64,000 nt of DNA from an uncultured Verrucomicrobiota bacterium (GTDB lineage Bacteria; Verrucomicrobiota; Verrucomicrobiia; Palsa-1439; CAYGDP01): assembly GCA_964348665.1 (NCBI GenBank), contig CAYGDP010000023.1, forward strand, positions 1,309 to 65,308. The letters run 5' to 3'. The position numbers were made by a program, and so were the translations under genes. Shown here piece after piece: positions 53,350-62,827 of this stretch. The first letter of the stretch is position 1. Each line of letters begins with the position of its first letter. The notes under the pieces are model-generated. The model had not been told where the DNA came from. It saw only the letters and a program-made list of their open reading frames with translations, and searched no databases.

Positions 53350-53940
53350 ATGGCTGGATCTCTGATTGCTTTGGCTGTTGTTGGTTTGATTGTTTTGGTG
53401 GCGTTGGTGCTGATCTTTTGGGCGATCGGCATCTATAACCGCCTCGTCACGCTCCGGCAAGGTGTGGACGCGAGCTGGGCGCAGATTGACGTGCAACTCA
53501 AGCGCCGCTACGACCTCATCCCCAATCTCGTCGAGACGGTGAAAGGCTACGCCACACACGAGAAGGGGACGTTCGAAGCCGTTACCAACGCGCGCGCGGC
53601 CTGTTTGGGCGCGCAAAAACTCGGACCGGGAGGCGCGGGCCAACTCGCGCAGGCGGAGGGGATGCTCACCAGTGCGCTCAAGACGCTGTTCGCTGTCGCG
53701 GAAGCCTATCCACAGCTCAAAGCCAACGAGAATTTTCTGCAACTCCAAGGTCAGCTTGGCGAGACAGAAAATTTAGTCGCAGGCAGGCGTGGCGGCTACA
53801 ACGAGACCGTGCGCGAATACAACACGCAGACGCAGCTCTTCCCCGCCAGCATCGTGGCGGGGATGTTCGGGTTCACCCAGCGCAGTTATTTCGAGGTGGA
53901 GAATCCAGAGGAACGCATCGCTCCAAAAGTGAAGTTTTAA
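53350..53940 (+). CDS. lemA: LemA-family membrane protein. Start is ATG 53350 after GGAGG.
   Basis: 'IGIYNRLVTLRQGVDASWAQIDVQLKRRYDLIPNLVETVKGYA' is the LemA signature. Confidence 0.85.
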   Translation: MAGSLIALAVVGLIVLVALVLIFWAIGIYNRLVTLRQGVDASWAQIDVQLKRRYDLIPNLVETVKGYATHEKGTFEAVTNARAACLGAQKLGPGGAGQLAQAEGMLTSALKTLFAVAEAYPQLKANENFLQLQGQLGETENLVAGRRGGYNETVREYNTQTQLFPASIVAGMFGFTQRSYFEVENPEERIAPKVKF

Positions 53941-53999
53941 TCTGAATTCCGGGGTTATTTTGGAAAATAATTCACCCGTTTATCGTTTACAGTTTGGAA

Positions 54000-55505
54000 C
54001 TACTGCTTCGGGATTTGATTGAGCGTGTAATAGGCGGCGGGGTGGAGGAGGGGAGCGCCGTTGGAGGAGCGGATGCCAGGGAATTTGAATTCGTGGACGT
54101 GTCCTTCCACTAGCCCTTCGATTTCGAGTCGCGCGCTTAATTTATCTGCGGCAACGGTGACGCTCTTGACTGTCGGTTTGGTCTTGTCCACTTCCGGGCT
54201 GCCATAATCCTTCTGGTATTTGTAGGTGTATGACTCGACCGTGTAGGACGCTGGATCGATCACCGTGGCCGGGTCAACGGGTTCGGTGAAGACCAATTCG
54301 AATCCGTTTGGTTTGGCGCGCATTTCCAGGATCTCGAAAGGGGTTTTGCCCGTCCAGACGAGCCGCTGGAGCGCATACGGTTTGCCGCCGCGCGCGCCCC
54401 AGCCGCGGTCGGTGCCGAAGACAAAAAGTGAGTTGTCCGGCGCGAATTCCGCCGCGAGACTGCCGGAGTCGAACCCGGCGCGGAACGGGAAACAGACGCC
54501 TTGATAGCGGTCGTTGATTTTTTCGAGGAAGACGCGCATCACCGTCGAGTGCGTTTGGTCGGGCACGAAGAGCTGTTCTTTGAACGGGCCAAACTTGCCT
54601 TTGGTCAGGTCGCACGCAACGCCTCCGGCGGATTGTCCCATTTTGTTGTAGGGAAAATAGACAGCAGGCGGCAAGAGTTCGGGAATCCGTTTTGCTTCCT
54701 CGTAGAGACGGCTGCCAGTATTTGGCCGCTCCGGTTTTTTGAGTCCCACTGCGGCGACTTCGTCTTTGGTGGCGGGATCTTCAAACCAGCGATATCCATC
54801 CGGGTGACCGACGAAAGCGCCTTGTTTGATTTGCTGCAATTTGCAGGTGCCGTTCCATGGCCCCTGATTATCGGTGTAAAAAATATCGCCAGCCGCGTTG
54901 AAGCCAATGCCACCGGGAGAGCGGACCCCGACGCAGAACGGAGTCATTTTGCCATCGGGAGCGACTTTCACGCTCCAGCCGCGATAGGGAACTTCGCTGG
55001 TAAACGAACCTGTCAGACATAGGACCAGATACATATTGCCAGCGCGGTCGAACTTGGAGCCGAATGCGTACTCGTGATAATCGCCACCGGTGCCCCAGCC
55101 ATCGCTGTATGTTTCGAGAACGTCGGCGCGTCCATCGTTGTTGGTGTCTTTGAGCCGGGTGACCTCGCTTCGCTGCGTGGCATAAAGCCAGCCATCGCGC
55201 CACGCGAGACCGAGGACCTCGTGCAAACCGCGTGCGAACAATGTCCATTTAGGATTTGGCGACTCGCCGAGCACGCCCTCGGCAATCCAGATGTCGCCAA
55301 TGCGCGTCGAACAAGCCAGTTTATCGGGGCCGATGAACTGCAACGCGCCCGACTCAAACTGCACGTTGGTCGGTGTCGGCAACGTGATCATCCGATAGAA
55401 ATCTTTTTCTTGGTCGGGTGGTTTGTCGCCGCCTTTCCGGTCGTCGGCTCGCGCGACAGTCGCAATGAATGCGATAATCAGAATGAGATGGATTGGATTT
55501 ACCAC
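54000..55505 (-). CDS. Putative membrane-bound dehydrogenase domain protein of the PVC type (glucose/sorbosone-dehydrogenase-like beta-propeller)
   Basis: Signal/TM N-terminus, then a beta-propeller-like region. It overlaps the 3' end of the upstream CxxCH gene by 7 nt, the usual pairing for this family. Confidence 0.7.
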   Translation of the reverse strand: MVNPIHLILIIAFIATVARADDRKGGDKPPDQEKDFYRMITLPTPTNVQFESGALQFIGPDKLACSTRIGDIWIAEGVLGESPNPKWTLFARGLHEVLGLAWRDGWLYATQRSEVTRLKDTNNDGRADVLETYSDGWGTGGDYHEYAFGSKFDRAGNMYLVLCLTGSFTSEVPYRGWSVKVAPDGKMTPFCVGVRSPGGIGFNAAGDIFYTDNQGPWNGTCKLQQIKQGAFVGHPDGYRWFEDPATKDEVAAVGLKKPERPNTGSRLYEEAKRIPELLPPAVYFPYNKMGQSAGGVACDLTKGKFGPFKEQLFVPDQTHSTVMRVFLEKINDRYQGVCFPFRAGFDSGSLAAEFAPDNSLFVFGTDRGWGARGGKPYALQRLVWTGKTPFEILEMRAKPNGFELVFTEPVDPATVIDPASYTVESYTYKYQKDYGSPEVDKTKPTVKSVTVAADKLSARLEIEGLVEGHVHEFKFPGIRSSNGAPLLHPAAYYTLNQIPKQ

Positions 55506-58237
55506 GAGAGTTCCTCCGCAAATTTTGCTTCCTTTTTGTTGAACACGACCGGGACAAGCAATTCGGTTTGATTGCCGCTGGCGCGAAGGGTCGCTTTCAC
55601 GCCCGTGATCTTGATTCGCACCTTACCATCTACCAAGTAACTGTCGCCTTTTTCTTCAATCTTTGCGGCGGCGGCAGCGCGGAAAAAGAGATTTGCCGGC
55701 GACTTTTCGGACCGCACCGTGACGGTGCGCTTGAATACCGCGTCGTCACCCATCGGCACGGCCACAAAATAATCCTCCACCTGCACGTCGCCAAAGGTAT
55801 ATCTGAACGTCGGACGAAGTTTGTCATCGAGGTTGTAGCCGCGAAATTGATAGCCGGCTTTTCTTCCAGTATCGGCTGGCCATGGCGCGTCGGTGGTGGT
55901 AAGCGACGCGAACGGCGCGCCGGGAGTCCACTTGACCTGCGCATACCCGAGTGGCGGTTGAAATCCATCGCCGCGACCGCTCCGGTGTTTCGATGCGTCC
56001 ATGAATGGGCCTTGCCAGAGCAAGGCGACCCGGATTTCGTGGGCGTCAAACGCGAGGTTCAGTTTTTCGGGATATCCGACAGCGATGGCGCGCGCGCCCG
56101 CGCCTTGGATCCAGTGACGATAAATCTGGGTTTCTTTGTCGGCAACGAGTTCTTGTTTCGCCGCGATGAGGCCGACGGGAATATCAGCGCTTTTCCCTTT
56201 GGAGAGGTACGACCAGAGTGCGGCGATTTGTTTCTCGGTGTTGCCATTGAGAATATCTTCGCGCACCGCTTTGCCATTGGGCCAAAAACTGGGCATCCGT
56301 GTGCCCGGCCGCAAAGAGATCGGGTCGAGCAAATAGCGTCGAAACCACGCGCCTTCCAGTCGCTCGTAGACTGTGGTGAGATCGAGGGCTGGAACGCCGA
56401 GCGACGGGCGGCCGGCGAAGACGTGGCACTGGACGCACGAAAGTCCGCCGGTACCAGTAAGTTTATGGCCGGCTTTCGCCAGCGTGTCGTCCACGGCGAG
56501 TTCCGTGGCAGGCGTGCTTGCTGTGTCCGCCTTGGCGAACGCGGCGACCAGATGTTTTACGTTGGCTTGTCCAAACTGCGGCATTCGAGTGGCCATATAT
56601 GGTCGCACGCTGGCGCCTTGCCAAAGCGCGCGCTCCATCCATCCCGGTTTCAGTTTTACGCCGACTCCATCGAGGTGGGGCGGCATCCGGCCTTCGTCGC
56701 CGAGGTCGGCGTCAACAGCGGTCGTGAAAAACTCCGATCGCAAACCGGCTGGTCCACCGCGTTTGCCACGGCTGTGGCAAGCATAGCAATTGAGTACCGT
56801 CATCGTGCGCGCGACTTGCTCGGCATCGGTAAGCGGCTGTGAGAGCGCGGCGAGATTGGTCAATTGCGAGCTAAGGTCGGTTCTCTGGCGGTCGGTGAAC
56901 GCATATTTTGGCGCTGCAGCAGGCGGCGTGGATGAGAGACAACCCTTCGAACCCGCGAGTTGAAGAAGAGGCATGGTTTTCTTGCCGGGGACATCAATAG
57001 GATGGCATGCGGCACAGTTGAGGCTGGTGAAAAGTTCTTTGCCTTTAGCAGCTTTCGCTTCGTCAACGGTGAATGGCGCGTCATCAAGCGGTCGCATCGG
57101 TTGGCCTTCGTGCGACAACACGCGCGCTGGGATTTCGTTTTTGTTGATCCCCGGTCCTTTCCACGATACTTTGAACGCGTCGCCGCCACCCCCTTGGAAG
57201 AAGGTTGCAGTGATTGTGTGTTCCCCCACGGGGAGCTTTACTTTGCCATCGCGTTCCTGTTCAGGGTGGATGCCTCCGTTGTCCACAACGAGCTTTTCGT
57301 CCACGTACAGGCGTGAACCGTCGTCGGACATCGTGTAAAACGTGTAATCGCCTGCTTTTGCGATTGTGAGGATGCCGCGGAATCGCAAGGCATAGTCGTT
57401 CTTCCGCTGTGCGACAGCGAGCGTGAATTTTTCGGTGGTGCCGGTCGCTTTCGGCTTGAGACGGTCGAACTCCGGTAATTCGGGGAATGACGCCTCGTAG
57501 TATTCGTAGGCGAGACCCTCGAGTTTGGTCGGCTCGCCACCAACCACTTGTTCGCGCAATAAATACATCGCAATGGCCCGCGATTCGCCCTCGTCGAGTT
57601 TCAGAGAAGGCATTCGTCCGGAGGACCGGGTCTTGACCGGGTCCCGGAGGAATGCGGCAAGTTCATTGACGGTGAATTTGCGCGCGAGATCGCCAAGAGG
57701 GATAGAGTCGCGTTGCAGGCGGTTCATCTCGGATTTGGTGGCATTGTCATTGGGAGCGACGGGCGGCGATTCGTGCGGCGTATGGCACGCGACGCACCCG
57801 AGGGTGTGATACAATTTTTTGCCCGCCGCTATCGCAGCGGTGCTCGCCCCGTGTTGCACGCCCGTATCCGGCGATTGGAACGAAACGAGGTACTGGGTGA
57901 GTGCTTCGGCGGCTTCTGCTTTTTCGGCTCCCGGAAGCGAGTGGAGCAAGTCAGGCATTGTCGGGCCGGGTTTGACGAGGAACGCGCGCAGCCATTGCGG
58001 AGTCAATTGTAAACCGTCCTTGCCGAGGCGCGGCGCTTGCCGGGAGGCGAGCCGATTTTTGATCGCGCCTGGCGCATCGTGGCATGCGACGCAGTTCATC
58101 TCAGCGAGGACAAACTCGCCAGGAGCGACGTCGGAATGTGCCGGGAGTAGTAGTGCGAACCCAAGGAAAGGCACGAGAGAGAATATGCGATTCATCGGCG
58201 TCAAGATTAGCTCCGGATGAAACCACAGTGGCGACAA
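55499..58237 (-). CDS. PVC-type multihaem protein with five CxxCH motifs and a PA14 domain
   Basis: CVACH x2, CAACH, CYACH, CVQCH are read directly. The PA14-like 'ILTIAKAGDYTFYTMSDDGSRLYVDEKLVVDNGG'. Confidence 0.8.
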   Translation of the reverse strand: MSPLWFHPELILTPMNRIFSLVPFLGFALLLPAHSDVAPGEFVLAEMNCVACHDAPGAIKNRLASRQAPRLGKDGLQLTPQWLRAFLVKPGPTMPDLLHSLPGAEKAEAAEALTQYLVSFQSPDTGVQHGASTAAIAAGKKLYHTLGCVACHTPHESPPVAPNDNATKSEMNRLQRDSIPLGDLARKFTVNELAAFLRDPVKTRSSGRMPSLKLDEGESRAIAMYLLREQVVGGEPTKLEGLAYEYYEASFPELPEFDRLKPKATGTTEKFTLAVAQRKNDYALRFRGILTIAKAGDYTFYTMSDDGSRLYVDEKLVVDNGGIHPEQERDGKVKLPVGEHTITATFFQGGGGDAFKVSWKGPGINKNEIPARVLSHEGQPMRPLDDAPFTVDEAKAAKGKELFTSLNCAACHPIDVPGKKTMPLLQLAGSKGCLSSTPPAAAPKYAFTDRQRTDLSSQLTNLAALSQPLTDAEQVARTMTVLNCYACHSRGKRGGPAGLRSEFFTTAVDADLGDEGRMPPHLDGVGVKLKPGWMERALWQGASVRPYMATRMPQFGQANVKHLVAAFAKADTASTPATELAVDDTLAKAGHKLTGTGGLSCVQCHVFAGRPSLGVPALDLTTVYERLEGAWFRRYLLDPISLRPGTRMPSFWPNGKAVREDILNGNTEKQIAALWSYLSKGKSADIPVGLIAAKQELVADKETQIYRHWIQGAGARAIAVGYPEKLNLAFDAHEIRVALLWQGPFMDASKHRSGRGDGFQPPLGYAQVKWTPGAPFASLTTTDAPWPADTGRKAGYQFRGYNLDDKLRPTFRYTFGDVQVEDYFVAVPMGDDAVFKRTVTVRSEKSPANLFFRAAAAAKIEEKGDSYLVDGKVRIKITGVKATLRASGNQTELLVPVVFNKKEAKFAEELSW

Positions 58238-58320
58238 AGTGTCAATCCCGACGTATGCGCGACGATTGATTGCTTGGCTGCGAAGAAAAACTTCACTAGA
58301 CTGGTTATCGAGAAAGTAAC

Positions 58321-59175
58321 ATGCGCAACGATCTCACCGAGGCACATATTCTTGGCCGAACCACGCAACAGTGGATTGTACGGGGGGAAGATTGCACGGC
58401 GTTGCAGGCGTATCATATCAAGCATGTTTCGATCGTGGACGCCGCCGCGCCATTTCGGATGGTACGGCTGGATCCGGACGGGAGTTTTATTCTTGCCTGT
58501 TACCAAGGGCAGGGACGGATGATCCTGGATGGGCGTTGGCAAACCTGTCGTGCCGGTCATGCGGGCTTGGCGCCGCCGCACGCGCTCGATGTGTTTCACG
58601 CGGTCCCCGGTTCGCGCTGGGGAATTTGCTGGGTACGGTATCGCGAGCCGTCCGGGCAACAGCCGATCGTTACTGCAAACTCACCGGTGATGGTCAAGTT
58701 TGACGCGGAATTATTGCGGGCAGCGATTTGGGGGTTGTATCGAGAAGTGCGAGGCGTGAACGATCCTGTGGCGATTCGGCACTGGGTAGATTTGATCCAT
58801 GGTTATGTGGGACGATTGGCGCGTCCGTGGCACGCGGATGATCGGCTCTGGCAGTTGTGGTCCCGCGTAGCAACAGACTTAGCGGAGGATTGGACGTTGA
58901 AAAAACTTGCGAACCTGGCTCACATGAGCGACGAGCATTTGCGCCGGCTTTGCCGTCGTCAACTCGGCAGATCGCCGATGCAACAGATTACGTTTCTGCG
59001 GATGCAGCGGGCGGCGGAGTTATTGGAGCACAGCCATGACAAGGTGGAAACGATTGCGAATATGGTGGGCTATCAAAACCCGTTTGTTTTCTCCACGACA
59101 TTTAAGAAATGGACAGGCAGGCCTCCATCCGAATATCGAGGACATCGGCTTGCCAAGCGCGTGACGGGCGCGTAG
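58321..59175 (+). CDS. AraC-family transcriptional regulator
   Basis: C-terminal dual HTH 'LANLAHMSDEHLRRLCRRQLGRSPMQQITFLRMQRAAELLEHSHDKVETIANMVGYQNPFVFSTTFKKWTGRPPSEYR'. Confidence 0.8.
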   Translation: MRNDLTEAHILGRTTQQWIVRGEDCTALQAYHIKHVSIVDAAAPFRMVRLDPDGSFILACYQGQGRMILDGRWQTCRAGHAGLAPPHALDVFHAVPGSRWGICWVRYREPSGQQPIVTANSPVMVKFDAELLRAAIWGLYREVRGVNDPVAIRHWVDLIHGYVGRLARPWHADDRLWQLWSRVATDLAEDWTLKKLANLAHMSDEHLRRLCRRQLGRSPMQQITFLRMQRAAELLEHSHDKVETIANMVGYQNPFVFSTTFKKWTGRPPSEYRGHRLAKRVTGA

Positions 59176-59251
59176 CGATAGGTGGATTTGTAATAGGAAT
59201 TGGTGGAGTTGCCTCATGGACGGGGACAGTGTTTGAACGTAGTGTCGGTGC

Positions 59252-59968
59252 GTGAACCAGGACATTTACGAGAGACGCCAGCGCCGAGGTGGATTCACCA
59301 TTGTGGAACTGCTGGTGGTGATCGCGATCTTTATGATTTTGGCAAAGATCCTTTTACCATCCTTCGGTCGCGCGCGAGAATCAGCTCGCCGGGTCGCCTG
59401 CACGAATAATTTGCACCAAATTGCACTGGCAGTCATCGTCTATTCGAATGATAACAAGGGACGCATCCCCGCGGGAACCGGCACAACCAACTGGCTTTGG
59501 GATTTGCCTGTCAACCTCTGCAACGCGGTCGAACCGTACGGACTGCGTCGAAAGGTCCTGTATTGCCCATCCAATCAATATCAGAACGACGATGGCCTTT
59601 GGAATTTTGCCGCGCCCGATTTCCGGGTGACGGGCTATTATTGGCTGACGCAACGAGCCGGATCGGCACCGGCGCTGACCGGCGCAAGCTACATCAGCAA
59701 AATGGATTCCGTCTTCAGCGCGGCGGAGACACCTTTGGCAACCGATGCGACCATATCCAGTGGCGGATCGTTTACCGGAGTCTATGGCGGCTGGTCCAAA
59801 CCGCATCGGTCGGCGCATTTTAATGTTGGCATGCCTGTCTCCGAAAATGTCGTTAACCTCGGTCGACCCGCTGCCGGTGGCAATATCGCGTATTGCGACG
59901 GTCACGTGGAATGGGTGAATCAGAACAAGATGACGATTCATGCAACCAATCCCGACCAATGGTTTTAA
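59252..59968 (+). CDS. DUF1559 'H-X9-DG' protein with a prepilin-type N-terminal cleavage/methylation domain
   Basis: '[17 protein letters not shown]' N-methylation motif. C-terminal '[10 protein letters not shown]...[10 protein letters not shown]' (H-X9-DG). Confidence 0.8.
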   Translation: MNQDIYERRQRRGGFTIVELLVVIAIFMILAKILLPSFGRARESARRVACTNNLHQIALAVIVYSNDNKGRIPAGTGTTNWLWDLPVNLCNAVEPYGLRRKVLYCPSNQYQNDDGLWNFAAPDFRVTGYYWLTQRAGSAPALTGASYISKMDSVFSAAETPLATDATISSGGSFTGVYGGWSKPHRSAHFNVGMPVSENVVNLGRPAAGGNIAYCDGHVEWVNQNKMTIHATNPDQWF

Positions 59969-60007
59969 ATCGACCGCAGCGGATCTATTCCTATCGTTGA
60001 TGTCGCC

Positions 60008-60697
60008 ATGAAAATCCCATCGCATTTCCAAATGCCGGCCATGATCGGGTCGGTAGTCGTCATCCTCATTCTACTTGTTTCCTTCTTCTGGCGAGGTGAC
60101 TCGGAAGATTTAACGGTTTACACGGCAAAATATGAAACCCGGAAAATCGATGCGGCGGTCGCGCAAGCCGCAGCGCAGGAAGCTATCCGGCTGACCGGTG
60201 GCGCGGGAAACGTGGTTTTGCTCCTCAATGTTCCCGGAAAACCGACAGGCAGTTTTGTCGAACAACAATCGCAGGCGTATCGCGATGGGTTCGAGGAATC
60301 CCTTCGGAATCATGGTGGCAGCGGCATCAAAATCGTGGGAACGAAACACCGCGCCACCGATACATCCAAAGAAATCTTCTCGTTTCCGTGGCCGACGCCG
60401 TCGGTGTTGATGGACATCGCGCGAGAATTTCCTTCTGCCAATTTGTACGTCAGTTTTTGCCGTGCCCACGAGTTTACTGGGGACGACGCACCCCAGCTTC
60501 GCGCGAACAACGTTCCGCCGCTCGTGATCGTGGATAACTCTGTTCGTCCCGGCGTATCCCAGCAAACCATCATGGCAAGTGGCGCCGTCGCCGTGCTCTT
60601 CACGCAGAATCCCCGCTTGTTTGCTCGCGGAGTGCCGGATGTGCAAGGTGACCCTCAAATGATCGTTCAGGCAACCTATTTTACACTGCGACGTTGA
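60008..60697 (+). CDS. Hypothetical N-terminally anchored protein
   Basis: A TM helix 'MIGSVVVILILLVSFFW' followed by a ~200-aa soluble domain with no recognisable motif. Confidence 0.45.
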   Translation: MKIPSHFQMPAMIGSVVVILILLVSFFWRGDSEDLTVYTAKYETRKIDAAVAQAAAQEAIRLTGGAGNVVLLLNVPGKPTGSFVEQQSQAYRDGFEESLRNHGGSGIKIVGTKHRATDTSKEIFSFPWPTPSVLMDIAREFPSANLYVSFCRAHEFTGDDAPQLRANNVPPLVIVDNSVRPGVSQQTIMASGAVAVLFTQNPRLFARGVPDVQGDPQMIVQATYFTLRR

Positions 60698-60871
60698 TAC
60701 AGCCGAAGGACCCAGCCACAATACGACGACTCGAACCCGCCGTCATCAATTCCGCTCGTTTGTAACAAGCGGTTAGATAGTTTGGATACATACCGCACGA
60801 AGCCGCGACCTTGACATATCGCTCGCGGATTTGTTAGAAGACCATTCCTCAATCAAGAGGAAAGGCGAATT

Positions 60872-61783
60872 ATGACAGCAGGAATATCTCGTGTCGGTGT
60901 CGTCGGCGTCGGACGGATGGGCTCGAACATCGCGCGCCGGCTCAAAGAAAAAGGCTTCCGTGTTACTGCCGTTTCCGATGCGCGCAGTGATATCGCTGAG
61001 AAACTCGCCGCCGAGCTGATTGCCGAGGCGCCAAAGACCCTCGCGCGCATCGCGGAGTTGTCCGACGTGGTGATCACGGTCGTCACCGACGACGTGGCCA
61101 TGCGAAAGATTTTCACGCCGAAAGGCGACAGCTTGTTGCGCGGGGCGCGCGGTCGTGTGTTTATCAATTGTGCCACCATCACGCCGGCAGTACACATCGA
61201 AGTGGAGAAGCTTGTCGAGAGAGCCGGCGGCAACAGCCTCGAAGCCTGCATGGCCAGCAGCATCACGCAGGCGCGGCAAGGTACGCTGTACCTGATGTGC
61301 GGTGGCAAACGTGAGGTGTTCGATCGTGTGAAACCGATTCTCGATGTGATGAGCCAGTCGCTCCGCTACATCGGTCCGGCCGGGAAAGCCGCTGAAGTAA
61401 AAGCGCTGGTAAACATGGTGATGAATACCAACACGGCGGGCTTGGCCGAGGGTCTTGGCCTGGGCGCCGCTCTTGGATTGGATTTGGAAACACTCCGCGA
61501 GGTGTTCTCACAGACCGGGGCGAACTCGCGCGTGTTGGAGACCGACGGCGAGGACATGCAGAACCGGGCGCACGATTGCTATTTCAGTGCTGCGCACGCG
61601 GCGAAGGACAGCGGCATCGCATTGGGTTTGGCCAAAAAAGTGAAGCTGAATTTGCCGCTCGCAGCGGCAACATTCAAACAATACAGCCGGATGACTAAAG
61701 TCGGTCTTGGTGAACTCGACAAATCCGGCATCGCCGAGCTGACGTTTCCGGGGCGAGGGCCGAAGAAAGCAAAGAAGCATTGA
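60872..61783 (+). CDS. NAD(P)-dependent oxidoreductase of the 3-hydroxyisobutyrate/6-phosphogluconate dehydrogenase family
   Basis: 'RVGVVGVGRMGSNIARRL' Rossmann motif and 'GAALGLDLETLREV' C-terminal domain. Confidence 0.8.
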   Translation: MTAGISRVGVVGVGRMGSNIARRLKEKGFRVTAVSDARSDIAEKLAAELIAEAPKTLARIAELSDVVITVVTDDVAMRKIFTPKGDSLLRGARGRVFINCATITPAVHIEVEKLVERAGGNSLEACMASSITQARQGTLYLMCGGKREVFDRVKPILDVMSQSLRYIGPAGKAAEVKALVNMVMNTNTAGLAEGLGLGAALGLDLETLREVFSQTGANSRVLETDGEDMQNRAHDCYFSAAHAAKDSGIALGLAKKVKLNLPLAAATFKQYSRMTKVGLGELDKSGIAELTFPGRGPKKAKKH

Positions 61784-61828
61784 TTTAGGACGAGAATTTC
61801 GGAAAAAACAACCAACCAGGAGAAACCC

Positions 61829-62275
61829 ATGAGCAAAGTTGTTCCATTAATCAGTTCCGGCACGGCTGGTCCGCTTGGCGTGATTCACCTGCCGCGTTTG
61901 TGGCAGAAAGTCTCGCTGGAAGCGGTCGGCAAACTCGCCGACGGTTATCCCGGCATCGGCGGCGGCTATGATATGATGGTGATCAACGCCCTCGGTCTCA
62001 ACGCCGACTCGGTGAAGAAATTCATCAAGGATAGCAAGCCGACCTATCCGCAATTCGAAGCGTGGATCAAAAAGCAGCCCGGCGTGAAGCTGGACAATGC
62101 CACCATCCACAAATCGAACGTCGCGATTCAAGGCTACATCCACAAGGATGACGTGCGCAAGAGCATCTTGAGCGCCAACGGCATCGCCGACGAAGGCTCG
62201 GTGCATCACGGCGCGGTGGACCTCAATAACCTGGATGACTGGAAGGAATTCCACGCGTCCACCATCGCGTCGTAG
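61829..62275 (+). CDS. Hypothetical 148-aa protein
   Basis: A clean ORF with good intergenic context and a downstream terminator. No recognised motif. Confidence 0.5.
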   Translation: MSKVVPLISSGTAGPLGVIHLPRLWQKVSLEAVGKLADGYPGIGGGYDMMVINALGLNADSVKKFIKDSKPTYPQFEAWIKKQPGVKLDNATIHKSNVAIQGYIHKDDVRKSILSANGIADEGSVHHGAVDLNNLDDWKEFHASTIAS

Positions 62276-62300
62276 TTTCAAGGCTCACCGACGTTTCCAA

Positions 62301-62343
62301 AACCGCAGTGCGGGCCCAACGGCCGGTGCTGCGGTTTTTATTT
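62301..62343 (+). terminator. Rho-independent terminator (CCGCAG...CTGCGG, then TTTTTATTT)
   Basis: Read directly after the stop of the 61829..62275 gene. Confidence 0.65.
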
Positions 62344-62507
62344 GGAGAATTTAAGTTGCGGATGGCCGTCAAAGGGATATGCTACCGAAGCGAATCGAGA
62401 CCATGAGGAGGAACCGAATCAATTCGAGACGATGCGGCGATGCTGACTGTAGGCATTGCTTCGCAATAAGACTACTCGGCTGCGCCCTTTTCAGGTTCAA
62501 ATCAAAG

Positions 62508-62765
62508 TTATTTTGAGGAGCCGCGAAATTCGTTTCTAAAAATGTCGGAAAGGCGACAATGCAAACGCCGGATAATTTGCTGAAGGTTGCGCAGAGTAAT
62601 GCTTTGCGCTCCGCGTTCGAGCCGATGCAGGGTCGAAGGAGGAAGGCCAAGCTTTCGGGAAAATTCAGCATAAGTCTGCTTCCCTCGCTTCTGGCGCAAG
62701 AACAAACCGAGTTGTCTTTCAAGCGAATCTCGCACGGGCCGAGAATGCCGCAGCCTGTATTCCAT
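62508..62765 (-). CDS. XRE-family (Cro/CI-type HTH) transcriptional regulator of 85 aa
   Basis: 'YAEFSRKLGLPPSTLHRLERGAQSITLRNLQQIIRRL' is a canonical HTH_XRE. Confidence 0.7.
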   Translation of the reverse strand: MEYRLRHSRPVRDSLERQLGLFLRQKRGKQTYAEFSRKLGLPPSTLHRLERGAQSITLRNLQQIIRRLHCRLSDIFRNEFRGSSK

Positions 62766-62827
62766 TTGTGGAATATCTTCTTGTTGACCGCGCTACAGGT
62801 GTGTGCTAAGCGAGACTGACTCAAAAA

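Noticed and set aside
54501-56842. Plus-strand ORFs 54501..55022 and 55493..56842 opposite the dehydrogenase/haem pair
   Set aside because: They are antisense to genes with clear CxxCH/PA14 and propeller signatures. Their translations are low-complexity.
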